Source: Octopus sinensis (Eukaryota). From it: a DNA stretch of 64,000 nucleotides. Of this stretch, positions 24,236-36,982 are shown one piece after another (the stretch's first letter is position 1; the number at the start of each line of letters is the position of its first letter). The DNA lies in NCBI RefSeq assembly GCF_006345805.1, contig NC_043002.1, forward strand, positions 72,788,001 through 72,852,000. Reading direction: 5' to 3'. A model generated the notes under the pieces. The model was not told where the DNA came from. It saw only the letters and a program-made list of their open reading frames with translations, and did not search any database. The position numbers and the translations under genes are program-made.

Positions 24236-24620
24236 TCTCTTTTACTTGTTTCAGTCATTTGACTGCGGCCATGCTGGAGCACCGCCTTTTTAGTCGAGCA
24301 AATCGACCCCAGGATTTATTCTTTGTAAGCCTAGTTCTTATTCTATTGATCTCCTTTGCCGAACCGCTAGGTTACAGAGACGTAAACACCAGAATCGGTT
24401 GTCAAGCGATGTTGGTGGGACAAGCACAGACACACACACATACTTATACAGACATATATACGACGGGCTTCTTTCAGTTTCCGTCTACCAAATCCACTCA
24501 CAAGGCTTTGGTCGGCCCGAGGCTATAGTAGAAGACACTTGCCCAAGGTGCCACGCAGTGGGACTGAACCCGGAACCATGTGGTTGGTAAGCAAGCTACT
24601 TACCACACAGCCATTCCTGT
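24236..24620 (-). mobile_element. SINE family A, young copy
   Basis: Complete, CpGs retained. Confidence 0.85.
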
Positions 24621-24839
24621 ATTCATTTGTATTTTTGTCTTGTGCTCGAGATGAAAATAATGTCAAATTAAATTTGATGGAAACAATGTCAACGTCAATC
24701 TGGTGTTAATATATTCCTATTTTCCTCTTAATTTAATTTTGATGTTGTATAGAGCAAAATTTTAACAGAATGGCTATAAGCCTGAAAAATAAAATAGACC
24801 AAAAATAACGAAAAAAAGGTACGATGAAAGAGGATTTAA

Positions 24840-26450
24840 ATTTTTTTAATGCGAATTCCAGAATGGTTAAATAATGAGAAAAACATCATTTTAGTGGTGG
24901 TTGCTCTTTCTGATTCCACTATAACGTGGAGAGAGCGACGTTTAAAATATTTATTTGTCTTTCTGCGACCATATTGATTATATTTTTTACCCTCTAAAAA
25001 TGCTGAGTGCATTATATTCCGAAATATGAAATGCTATAACGTGAGGGGCGAGGGCGGAATTATTATGATGATGGTTGTCGTGAAGATACGAGGAAGGGGG
25101 TAACGGTAAAAAAATTAGATTTACTTTTTTTAAGGAAAATTTGAAAAATCCCAACGAAATCGGGGAAAAAATTCAACTTGTGTGAAACAACTGTTTTCCG
25201 TAGGTTGAACAAGTACTTAATCTTTCGTGGGTCAAGAATGGTAGGGGCTTCTTATTTTCCGTGTTTACCCTCGAATCTGTAATAAATTGTTGAATACATT
25301 TGTTGCAGATTTACAAGTGTTAACTAAGAAAATGGGAGGAAATCAGTAAATAAGACTGAAAGCATATGCTCCCAGTTATAATAAATGCACCCTTTTAAAG
25401 CCTAGCCAGGCTCATGGGCCCGGTTTCCTGGTTTCTATGGCGTGTGTGTTCCCCAGCTGGACGGGACGCCAATCTATCGCAGCGTTACTCATTTTTGCCA
25501 GCTGAGTGAACTGGAGCAACGTGAAATGAAATGTTTTGCTCAAGAACACAACGCGTCGCCGGTCCAGGAATCGAAACCACCGTCTTACGATCATGGTGCT
25601 GACACCCTAACCACTAAGCCACGCGCTTCCACTCAGTTATACTTAATTATATTTTTGTTTTTGTTATTTACATTTTAGGGGTTCTCTTTTATGTAATTCC
25701 GCACCGTATCGTCCCCATTGTTTTTATCAGCCATTAGTGATTGATTAACTCCCCGGCTATAGTCATACTACACGCTTCGTACTCTAATCTGGTTCTATAA
25801 AGTAACCCGAGATGTGCATAAACTTTAAATCTCGGAAAACTTGTTAGAAAACATTTTATTGAATGACAGGGGACGTAACTCTGTTAATTACTATATTAAT
25901 TGCTCGAAATGGCTAATTTTCCTTCCTTTTCTTCCCGCAATAATAGTAATTGGAGGTACGAATAGAATTCTAGTATTGGTCGCGGCGGACTTTCGGAAAA
26001 GCTATCTCATATAAGTTGAAAATTTTTCGTTTTGGTCGTGATTTCCGCACTTTTTTTTATTTGTCATACATTTCAAAATTATGGCAAAGGAGATTAATGA
26101 TTGTGGAAAATTTAATTTTGTTTAATCTTAGATTTGGAACGACAGTCAACTCAAAAATTAGATATATTTCGTTATTTTCCCCCATTTTATCGTATTCCAC
26201 GCGCTGAAACACATGCAATTTGCATAATGGGAATCTAATCCCTGCCTCCACCCGCTTTATTGTACCATTCACAATGGGAAAAAATAATATTCAAACATTG
26301 ACGAGTAAATGCGGGAAAAACAAGATAAGAATTTTGAAAGAAGTTTCTATCCATAATTCGACAATTTCAGCCTTTTAAAATGTAGAAAAGAATTTTCTTT
26401 TTTTTTTAAAATTAAAAAGTATAATAGTCCTAAATAAAACGGTACAGTTA
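24840..26450 (+). promoter_or_regulatory. Candidate promoter / non-coding first-exon region of the TRIM gene
   Basis: Last CpG-rich non-SINE DNA before a long CpG-poor gene-body-like domain; ATTGG and GC-rich motifs near 25975-25990; TSS not located. Confidence 0.35.
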
Positions 26451-27164
26451 TTTCTGTTTGTTTTGTCTTGTGTGGGAAATTATTAAAAAGAATGGTGTAT
26501 AAAATTAAATTTGATGGGGATTATGTCAATGTAAATCAGGTAGATGTTAATATATTCTTGTTTTTTGCTTGATTTAATTTTGAAGTGGAGAAATTCCAAC
26601 TTTTGTGGAATAGCTATTCAAAAAATCTGTCCTGGTTGTATGATTTGAAAATTTGCTTGAATGACTGTAAAAGGTGCTACCAGAAAAGTAACTAAATATG
26701 ATTTACTTGCCTATGGCAGTTGTTTCAAACTCCATACCCAATTACAAGTTTATCATGCATGCAGACCCCATTTCAGTCAATCAGAACATTTTGTTCTTGT
26801 GATAAGTTCTAGAACTTCTCTTCAGTGAAGGCCTTAAATACAGAGGCTTTTAGTGCAAAAAAAAGCAGAGGGAATTCAGATTTTGTTGCATTAGTTCTGG
26901 GTGAATTTTCTCTCTGATGGCTGTTTTCACAGTTTCATACTCAAACCAGCACAATTCTCCTAATAGCTGTTTTCACAGTTCTATGCACAGCCCAAAGATG
27001 GATGAAGAATCAACACAGTCATATGTAATTGCAGCCATGTGAAAAATCAGCCTAATTATAAATTATCTATTGAAGAACTCCGGCAACTATAAAACTCTGT
27101 CCATATAAGATTGTCTCTATCTGTATGCCATGAAGCTTTGTAATAACGTAGCAATAAATTATGT

Positions 27165-27450
27165 ATATAAACATTCGAGCAAGAATGTCGCCATTGCTGC
27201 TGGACTGGCACCTGTGCAGGTGGCACGTAAAAAGCACCATTTGGATGTGGCTGTTGCCAGTACCACCAAACTGGCCCTCGTGCCGGTGGCACGTAAAAGC
27301 ACCCACTACACTCTCGGAGTGGTTGGCATTAGGAAGGGCATCCAGCTGTAGAAACTCTGCCAGATCAGATTGGAGTCTGGTTCGACAGACCTCAGTCAAA
27401 TCGTCCAACCCATGCTAGCATGGAAAGCGGACGTTAAATGATGATGATGA
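27165..27450 (+). mobile_element. SINE/LINE-tail family C with (GAT)n tail; other copies 5205-5830(-), 30965-31155(+), 31976-32320(-), 40810-41130(+), 42860-43092(+), 52558-52875(-), 55228-55378(-)
   Basis: GTTGGCATTAGGAAGGGCATCCAGCTGTAGAAAC..GCTAGCATGGAAAGCGGACGTTAAAC(GAT)n. Confidence 0.8.
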
Positions 27451-28073
27451 AACTGACACCAAGACTTTGTCATAACCAATGTCTTTTAACCAGTTTATCT
27501 CTTTGTACATGCTTGTGTTTTTGCTGTTGAGCCCCAGATCAGTCCTGACTGACCTGTGGTCCAAAGCAATGTTATGTATCTAATACTGTATTATCCAGTA
27601 TAGTTGTCAATGTAGGGAATGATTTTAAGGGATATTTGATTTATTTCTAGGTCAAGCAATCCTATGAAGATCCTTTGTTGACTGCAAACTTAGATTCTAA
27701 TGTTTATACGTGATGTGTGACATTTGGTGGCAGCCATTCTAACAAAAACTTTATTACTAATGAGGCTATTGATGTTGCTATTTTTAACACATCTGAATTG
27801 TTTTCAGAATTAATTAAATGATATAAAGGGAAACACGCATGCCAACGCACATACACACACACATTTTAGTTTTATATATGTATCTCTTTACATTGGATTG
27901 TCTGATAAATTTGTTTTTTTCCAATGTTATTTTAATCAACAACTGGTGATATTTCTATTGTCAAAGTGGATAGTTGGCAAGAAGTTGTGAACAATGGAGA
28001 ATATATTGTTAAAATAATTCAAAATAATAAAGATTAAAATTTTAAAAAAATGAATTTATCTACTGACCCAGTA

Positions 28074-28107
<34 letters not shown>

Positions 28108-28937
28108 CAGGGGTTGGACAAAATAATGGAAACACCTAGCCTCATAGCATTATAATTTTGAAATATCTATAAAACCGTCAAAAGGTTGTTTATTTTTAAT
28201 GTTTTTTTGATTTAATATTAGTATTGCTTAATAAGTTTTGCTAAAATTGCTGTTTCTTTTCAGATAACATCAGAAAAAGGTAATTAAAATTCATTAAAAT
28301 GACAGATCTATCGGACTTTCAAAGAGGTCAAATTGTTGGTGCTCATATGGTAGGCACTAATGTAACAAAAACAGCCAAAATGTTTGGTGTATCAAGAAGT
28401 ACTGTCTCGGAAGTAATGGCAGCCTTTGAGAAAGAGGGAAAAACCTCCTCATCGAAACAAAACTCCGGAAGAAAACCAAAACTTTCATATAGGGACTGTC
28501 AGACTCTTATGCAAATTGTTAGAAAAAATCAGAAAAGTACAGCTCCCAAAATTACTGCAGAGCTTAATGACCACCTTGAGAACCCAGTTTCCACAAAAAC
28601 TGATCACCGGGAGCTGCACAAAGCCGGATTTCATAGGAGGGTTACAATCATAAAACCACTACTTTCAAAAACAAATGTTGCAAAGCATTTAGACTGGAAT
28701 AAAAACTTACAGAATTGGTTGCTAGTGCAGTGGGAGAATGTTATTTTCTTGGACGAGTCATCCTTTACTTTATTTCCAACCACTGGCCTAGTATACATGT
28801 GGAGACAGCCAAAAGAAGCATTTGACCTGGACTGCATTCTTCCAACTGTTAAACATGGAGGAGGATCTGTGATGATCGGAGGGGGGGGGGGGCAGTGGTT
28901 TCCCTTCATGGCAGAATTAATACGCAATTCCCAATAG
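28108..28937 (+). mobile_element. Tc1-family transposon, 3'-truncated; uninterrupted 212-codon ORF 28299-28937
   Basis: TA|CAGGGGTTGGACAAAATAATGG TIR; HTH/GRKPKLS motifs and first catalytic D (VIFLDESSF), VKHGGGSVM; homology ends near 28922. Confidence 0.9.
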
Positions 28938-29617
28938 AAGATATGGACCGGAGGAATGTGAAACAAAGTGTCTTGCTCAAGGACTCAACGTGTTGCCAGT
29001 AATTGGACTCACAACTGTAAGGTTGTGAACCAAATACCCCAACCACTAAGCCATGTGCTTTCACATGACTGGGAAATGGGAATGATGAATAGTTGAAACA
29101 CTGACAGGGTGGGTGGGTTGAATAAGGGGTGGGATCTAGGACTATCCAATGTAAGGGGAAAGTATGAACAGAATGGGTGAAGCTAAAGGAGACAGGAAGT
29201 GAACAATAGACTAGGATGAAGAGGAATACTGAATCACTGAAGGAAGAATGTGACAAGGCTGGCCTTTTGAAACACAGGTACGACTCATTTTTGCCAGGAG
29301 CAACATAAAATGAAGTATCTTGTTCAAGGACACAACACGGTCAAGAATCAGACTCACAACCTTATGATCATAAGCCGAATATTCTAATCACTAAGCCACA
29401 CTCCTTCACTGATTGATAAAATAGAGTTTTGGACGAATTCTGGGGTTGGTGGTATCAACTAAGCCCTTCCTCTAAAATTATTGACCTTGTATCTAAATGA
29501 GTTCTGGCTTTTTTCAATTGAACATCAGGTCAAACTAGCATTCTTGTAATCCTCTTATCCCTTAGAGATTATAGAATGCTTACTTTTGGTGCTTTTGTTT
29601 CAGGAAAATAAAAGTTG

Positions 29618-30228
29618 TAGAAGTGGCTGTGTGGTAAGTAGCTTGCTTACCAGCCACATGGTTCTGGGTTCAGTCCCACTATGTGGCACCTTTGGCAAGT
29701 GTCTTCTGCTATAGCCTCGGGCTGACCAAAACCTTGTTGGTGGATTTGGTAGATGGAAGCTGAAAGAAGCCCATCATATATATATATATGTGTGTGTGTG
29801 TGTATACATGTGTGTGTGTATACGTGTGTGTGTGTGTGTGTATATATATGTGTGTGTGTGTGTATACATGTGTGTGTGTATATATTGTGTGTGTGTGTGT
29901 GTGTGTATATATGTGTGTGTATACATGTGTGTGTGTATATATGTGTGTGTGTATACATGTGTGTGTGTATATATATGTGTGTATGTGTGTGTGTGTATAC
30001 ATTGTGTGTATATATATGTGTGTATGTTTGTGTGTCTGTGTTTGTCCCCCCAACATTGCTTGACAACTGATGCTGGTGTGTTTACATCCCCGTAACTTAG
30101 CAGTTTGGCAAAAGAGACTGATAGAATAAGTACTAGGCTTACAAAGAATAAGTCCTGGAGTCGACTTGCTCGACTAAAGGCAGTGCTCCAGCATGGCCGC
30201 AGTCAGATGACTGAAACAAGTGAAAGAG
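29618..30228 (+). mobile_element. SINE family A with about 250-bp expanded (TG/TA)n microsatellite
   Basis: Head, compound microsatellite 29775-30030, tail. Confidence 0.85.
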
Positions 30229-31162
30229 TTGGCCACAATTTGAGTTTGGAAATGAATAGTGTATAAAAAAGAAAACCAAAGAAAAGATTACATTTGTCAT
30301 AAGAGGATATAATATGTACCTGTTAAATAAAGGATATTAAAGACTGCAAGATTGACTAACATGTACTCTTAGATATTGATATACAAGTTCGTTTGAATCT
30401 ATAGAATTCCTTTTGTTGAATTCCCGTGAAATGTAGGTCATAGCTTGGTTTATTTATTTATTGTTTGAAAACATTTCCATTAAGTTACAATTATGCTTGC
30501 AGTGTTCATCAAAGTGGATCAGTTCTAGCTAGCTGTATATGCTCATTAAATAAACAGAAAAAACTAATTAATCTACCAACCTCTTTCAGCTACCAGTTTA
30601 GAATTTATTTTATCAAGTTTGCAGGTTTTTCAGTTTCTCTGATTTTTTTAATTTTTTATTTTTTATAATTATATATGATAATAATAATATAATAATAATG
30701 AAATTATTGTATACAGTGCATATAAAGCATATGCAGTAATGTACAAATGTCCAGAAAGTGAACAGCGTATGAGTCAGATATATGCTTGCGTGTGTATGGA
30801 GGGGAGAAAATCAGGTGTAGTGTTGGCGAATCTCAGGAAGCATAGAAGTTTTGAAGGATGCAGTGCTCTAACAACTGACGCCGGCAGTTTGTTCCATGCT
30901 TCAGCAACTCCTAGTGTGAAAAAATGTTTCCGAAAGTCATGGTAGCTGTGCTGTTTTCTGACTTTGTAAACGTGCCAGTGGCACGTAAAAAGCACCAACT
31001 ACACTCTCGGAGTGGTTGGCATTAGGAAGGGTATCCAGCTGTAGAAACTCTGCCAGATCAAGAGTGGAGCCTGGTGCAGCCATCTGGTTCGCCAGCCCTC
31101 AGTCCAACCCATGCTAGCATGGAAAGCGGACGTTAGATGATGATGATGATGATGATATATAT

Positions 31163-31202
<40 letters not shown>

Positions 31203-33896
31203 GACGGGCTTCTTTCAGTTTCTGTCTACCAAATCCCCTCACAAGGCTTTGGTCAGCCCAAGGCTATAATAGAAGACACTTGCCCAAGATGTCATGCAGT
31301 GGGGTTGACCCCGGAACCATGTGGATGGTAAGCAATCTACTAACCTCACAGCCACTCCTATGCCATTGATTACCTTTGTAATTAATAATAGATCTAGAAT
31401 GTGTTCATTACACTAAATTTGCCTCTGGTCAATGTGATTCAAGCTTATTCAACCATGAAAAGAAGTATTATTGAGTGACAAGTATTTGTTGCTTTAGTGT
31501 CAAAAGTACTTTAAATTGTTCTATTTTTGGCAAGTATTAATTTACATGAACATAATTACATATATTTTGGTTTCATGTCACAAATGAAGACTTTAAGGAA
31601 ATTTCAGCATTGAATTCTTACAGGGAAATTATTAGATTTATTATGGTTTTATTTATTCGCTGGATATTTTGTGTGTGTGTGTGAAATAAATTCTATGTAA
31701 TGCTATAAAAACTAGTTGAAATTTTACAGTGTGTAATTGCAATAACCTTGAATCTTTTGTTTTGGTCATTTGACTATGACCATCCTGGGGTGTTGTCTTG
31801 AAGACTTTGGTCAAAAAAAAATTGGCCCCAATACTTATGTTAATTTTCAGTCTGGTACTCATTCTATCTCTCTCTTTTGCTGAACTGCTAAGATCAAACA
31901 CTGGTATATGTATGTATGTATTTATATATATGAATGTATGTATGTATGTATGTATGTATGTATGTGTGTGTATATATCATCATCATCATCGTTTAACATC
32001 CACTTTCCATGCTAGCTTGGGTTGGACGATTTGACTGACGTCTGGCGAACCAGATGGCTACACCAGACTCCAAACTGATCTGGCAGAGTTTCTACAGCTG
32101 GATGCCCTTCCTAATACCAACCACTCCGAGAGTGTAGTTGGTGCTTTTACATGCCACCGGCATGAGGGCCAGTCAGGTGGTACTGGCAACGGCCATACTC
32201 AAATGGTGCTTTTTATGTGCCACCTGCACAGGAGACAGTCCAGCGGCACTGGCAACGAACTCGCTCGAATGTTTTTTTTCATGTGCTGCCGGCACAAGTG
32301 CTAGTAAGGCGACGCAGGTATATATATATTCATATTCACACACACCAGATAGGCTTCTACACAATTTCTGTCTGCTGAATTCACCTGGAATGCATTGGTT
32401 GGCCTGATGCTATACTAGAAACACTTACACAAAGTGCCATGCATTGAGACTGAACCAGAGACAGCATGGTTGCAAAGCAATCTTCCTAACCACACAACTG
32501 TTCCAGCACATGCAAAGGGATGGGGTTGGAAATTTGTATTAAATTTATCATTGTTGATCAGATTTAATTTTGGTTGTCATTGTTTGTTTAGCCCAGGTTA
32601 CCTCTGATAGAGTAGACCTATAATCAAAGAACATTCTAGCTATGATCATCCGATCATTTGTCCAACTCTAGAATCCTGTCAAAAGCACTTTCTGTTTTGA
32701 AGTGTTGGATTAATCTGTTCCTTGGTTTAATTCCATCTTGCAAAGAAAAGGTGCCAAAGATAAGATTGTTAGTATTTCTATGTTGTCTATCTAAACTGGT
32801 TGTTTACAATAACTGGGATTTTAATGAGTTAGCAATTAAACTGGCCATATCCGGTCCAAATATTCTACGTTTTATGTTCAAACCAACTACATCCAGCTTC
32901 TCTACCCTACAATATCATTCTAAAAATAAACAATCATATCATTGAAATCTCATAAATCAAGTGATAATGCATGATTAATTGAAAACAATGTAAATAAATA
33001 TTACATTTGGCAGATTAATTTAAATGTTGAAGAGTTAAAAATCTGTTTTTTCTTTTTTTAATCACTGGTCAAGTAGCTACTGATAAAAACTTAATGTATC
33101 TACCAGAAACCTGAATGGCAAGTTACTGACATCACCAATCTTTGACAGAATCCTATTAAAGTCTTTAGTTGTTTATACTTTTGAAAACAGTCAATTTCTT
33201 GGTCGTGAGTTGGCATTTAGGACTCTGCCAGGATTCCTGTTACACACTGGAAACCCATCAAAGGACTGTTTTTGTTTCGGAGTGGTAGGTTAGTCTGTTG
33301 CTCGGCTTAGCACCAACATTTGGTTCTTGGTCCATTTTAATTGTCTGCTCTATTACAAGCATTTGGACCAGGTCACTGGTCTACTTGCCTATCTCAGGGA
33401 CTCTGGAAAAGATCATGGTACTATCATTTCTCTCATTAAGCCATACAAAAAATAATTTTTAAACTTTTATTTCTGAGATGTCTGATGTTATTGATGTAAT
33501 GCTGTGATCACTATTTAAACCATTGTTACCAAATTTCTATTGAAATGGACTGCCTTTGTTTGAATTAATTTTGAAATGATGAAGAATTTAGTAAAATAAC
33601 TTTGTCCACTATTAAGTTGGTGGAAACAGAAAGTTTGTATCATAGGACCATGGGTGGTCTCAGTGTGGTTAGTATTGTATCAAAAATATTTAGCAATCAG
33701 ATCACAATATCCGATGTCATAATTCGCTTAAATATTACCTACATCATTAAAAAAATCTGACCAATCAAGACTTTCTGTGGTATTGATTCCAACAACAATT
33801 TCATCTTTGGTGTGCTTCTGAACCAAAGTACCACTATATACAACCATTTTCTCTTTATGAAAAGAATAAATATTCTTTTATCTAAAATCTTAAATA

Positions 33897-34061
33897 TAGG
33901 TGCAGGAGTGGCTGTGTGGTAAGTAGCTTGCTTACCAACTACATGGGTCTAGGTTCAGTCCCACTGCGTGGCACCTTGAGCAAGTGTCTTCTACTATAGC
34001 CTCGGGCTGACCAAAGCCTTGTGAGTGGATTTGGTAGATGGAAACTGAAAGAAGCCTGTCG

Positions 34062-34102
<41 letters not shown>

Positions 34103-36730
34103 TTGTGTGTCTGTTTGTCCCCCCAACATCGCTTGACAACCAATGCTGGTGTGTTTAAATCCCCGTAACTTTGCGGTTTGGCATAAGAGGCCGATAGAAT
34201 AAGTACTAGGCTTACAAAGAACAACTCCTGGGGTCGATTTGTTCGATTAAAGGCAGTGCTCCAGCATGGCTGCAGTCAAATGACTGAAACAAGTAAATGA
34301 GTAAAAAGAGATATCAGTTTTCTCATTTGTAACAGTATCAAAAGGATTATTAACAGAAGAGGTGAAATTGCTGAGTAATGTATTATACTGTCATAGATTT
34401 TACATGATTCGTTAATCCTCACTCAAGAATATTTGGTTGTATTTAGTAAGTTAGGTGCATATGTAGAACCTGTCTTTTTGCCTTTTATTTTTGCCACTCT
34501 TGGATAAAGGATAATGCTTCATGGTTTAACCACCAGTCATGATATTGCTACTGTCAGTTTTATTAAATCTCTTAACCATGTAACAAATGACATAATTGTT
34601 TTGAGTTAGATGTTTGACCTATTTGTTTAGATTGAAAATATTTAATTTCATTAACCTAATGAAACATTTAAAGCATCAAGCAAAACTATAAACAGTAGCA
34701 AATCAGGTCAATATATATAACTTGGTGAGCTGGCAGAAACATTAGTGAAATACTTAGCGGTATTTTGTCTGTCTTTACGTTCTGAGTTCAATTTCCGCCG
34801 AGATTGACTTTGCCTTTCATCCTTTCAGTTGATAAATTAGGTACCAGCTGCATACTGGAGTCATTCTGATCGAATGACCCCCCCACCACTCCCAAAAATT
34901 TCAGGCTTTGTGCCTAGTGTAGAAAAAAATATAACTTAGCTTCAGGGCGGCGAGATGGCTAAGCGTAGGAGTGACTGTGTGGGAAGTAGCTTGCTTAAAA
35001 ACCACATGGTTCCGGGTTCAGTCCCACTATGTGGCATCCTGGGCAAGTGTCTTCTACTATAGCCTCGGGCTGACCAAAGCCTTGTGAGATGATAACTGAA
35101 AGAAGCCTGTCGTATATATGTGTGTGTTTGTGTGTTTGTCCCTCCCCTTCCCCCAACATCACTTGACAGCCGATGCTGGTGTGTTTATGTCTCCGTAACT
35201 TTTCAGTTTGGCAAGAGAGACCGATAGAATAAGTACTGGGCTTACAAAGAATAAGTCCTGGGGTTGATTTGCTCGACTAAAGGCGTTGCTCCAGCATGGC
35301 CAGTGTAAAATGACTGAAACAAGTAAAAGAGTAAAAGAAAACAGTATTACTCCATAAGGAGTATAGGGCTGGTTTTTTTTTGGTTTCCCTTGCATATACA
35401 CTCCTCCCTAACAGGATGCCAGTCTGTCATAGGATTACTCATTTTTACCAGCTGAGTGGACTGGAGGAATGTGAAATGAAGTGTTTTGCTCAAGAACACA
35501 ACCCATCACCTGGTCCAAGAATAACAACCCAGAATCTGAATGAAAACCAAGAATCCTTACCACTATGACAAATGTAGTAAGAGAACTTAGTCATTATTAA
35601 GCTGATGTTAAAGGTGGTGAGCTAACAGAAATGTTAGCATGCCGGGTTAAGTGCTTACTCTTTTACTTGTTTCAGTCATGTGACTCTGGCCAAGCTGGAG
35701 CACTGCCTTTAGTCGAGCAAATTGACCCCAGGACCTACTCTTTGTAAGCCTAGTACTTAGTCTATCGGTCTCTTTTGCCGAACCGCTAAGTTACTGGGAT
35801 GTAAACATACCAACATTGGTTGTCAAGCGATGTTGTGGGGGACAAAAACACACGCACGCACGCACGACAGGCTTCTTTCAGTTTCTGTCTACCAAATCCA
35901 CTCACAAGGCTTTAGTCAGCCCATGGCTATAGTAGAAGACACTTGCCCAAGGTTTCACACGGTGGGACTGAACCTGGAACCATGTGGTTTGTAAGCAAGC
36001 TACTTACCACAAAGCCACTCCTACACTTAGCGATATTTTGTCTGTCTTTGTTCTGAGGTCAACTTTGCTTTTCATCCTTTTGGGGTTGATAAATTGAGTA
36101 CCAGTTGCATACTGGATCAATCTAGTTGATTTTGGGGCTTTGTGCCTAGAGTAGATAAGATTATTAAGCTGATGTTAAAGGCAGCGAGGTGGCAGACTTG
36201 TTAGCATGCTGGACGAAATGCTTAGTATTTTGCCCATCGCTACATTCTGAGTTCAAATTCCGCTGAGGTCAACTTTGCCTTTCATCCTTTCAGGGTTGAT
36301 AGATTAAATACCAGTGAAATTTCGGAGTCAGTATAATCAACTGGTCCCTTTCACCATGACTTCAGGCTTTGTGCCTATAGTAGAAAGGATTATTAAGCTG
36401 ATGTTAAAGCAGCGATCTGGCAAAATTGTTAACACATAGGACAAAATGCTTAGCATAATTTTTTCGAGTTCTTGATGAACTGATTGCAAATACCACCACA
36501 ATCAACTTTGCTTTTCACCTTTTCAGGATCAATGAAAGAAAGTACCAGTTAAGTACTTTTAATAACTGTCTCCTTGTTTACTCTTGTTTGGTAATTGAAT
36601 GGCTTATTATTAAGGATAGTTTCAAATATTATGATCGTGGCATCTTGTGCAAGTGTCTTCTACTATAGCCTCGAGCCGACCAAAGCCTTGTGAGTGGATT
36701 TGGTAGACGGAAACTGAAAGAAGCCCATCG

Positions 36731-36775
<45 letters not shown>

Positions 36776-36982
36776 GTGTATGTTTGTGTGTCTGTGTTTG
36801 TCCCCCCAACATCGCTTGACAACCGATGCTGGTGTGTTTATGTCACTTAGCGGTTCGGCAAAAGAGACCAATAGAATAAGTACTGGGCTTACAAAGAATA
36901 AGTCCCGAGGTCGATTTGCTCGACTAAAGGTGGTGCTCCAGCATGGCCACAATCAAATGACTGAAACAAGTAAAAGAGAGTA
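33897..36982. mobile_element. SINE cluster: family A at 33897-34310(+), 34968-35338(+), 35655-36022(-), 36648-36982(+); family B at 34722-34925 and 35610-36545(+)
   Basis: Diagnostic motifs of families A and B; the 35655 A copy sits inside a B copy. Confidence 0.8.

Noticed and set aside
24190-24590. Recurrent peptides such as DGLLSVSVYQIHSQGFG.. and FFVSLVLILL.. in many ORFs, suggesting a gene family
   Set aside because: They are reading frames through SINE family A copies, with no splice structure or consistent frame.
25311-25348. Possible exon encoding MGGNQ (myristoylation-like start) of the TRIM gene
   Set aside because: Its phase-2 donor does not fit the phase-1 acceptors, and the 38524 ORF has an upstream in-frame stop; at most a UTR exon.
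29647-30095. Five overlapping 91-139 aa ORFs rich in HT/CV/YI dipeptides
   Set aside because: Translations of a (TG/TA)n microsatellite inside a SINE; similar artefacts at 7113-7463, 30999-31331, 36622-36998, 44844-45197 and 51348-51794.
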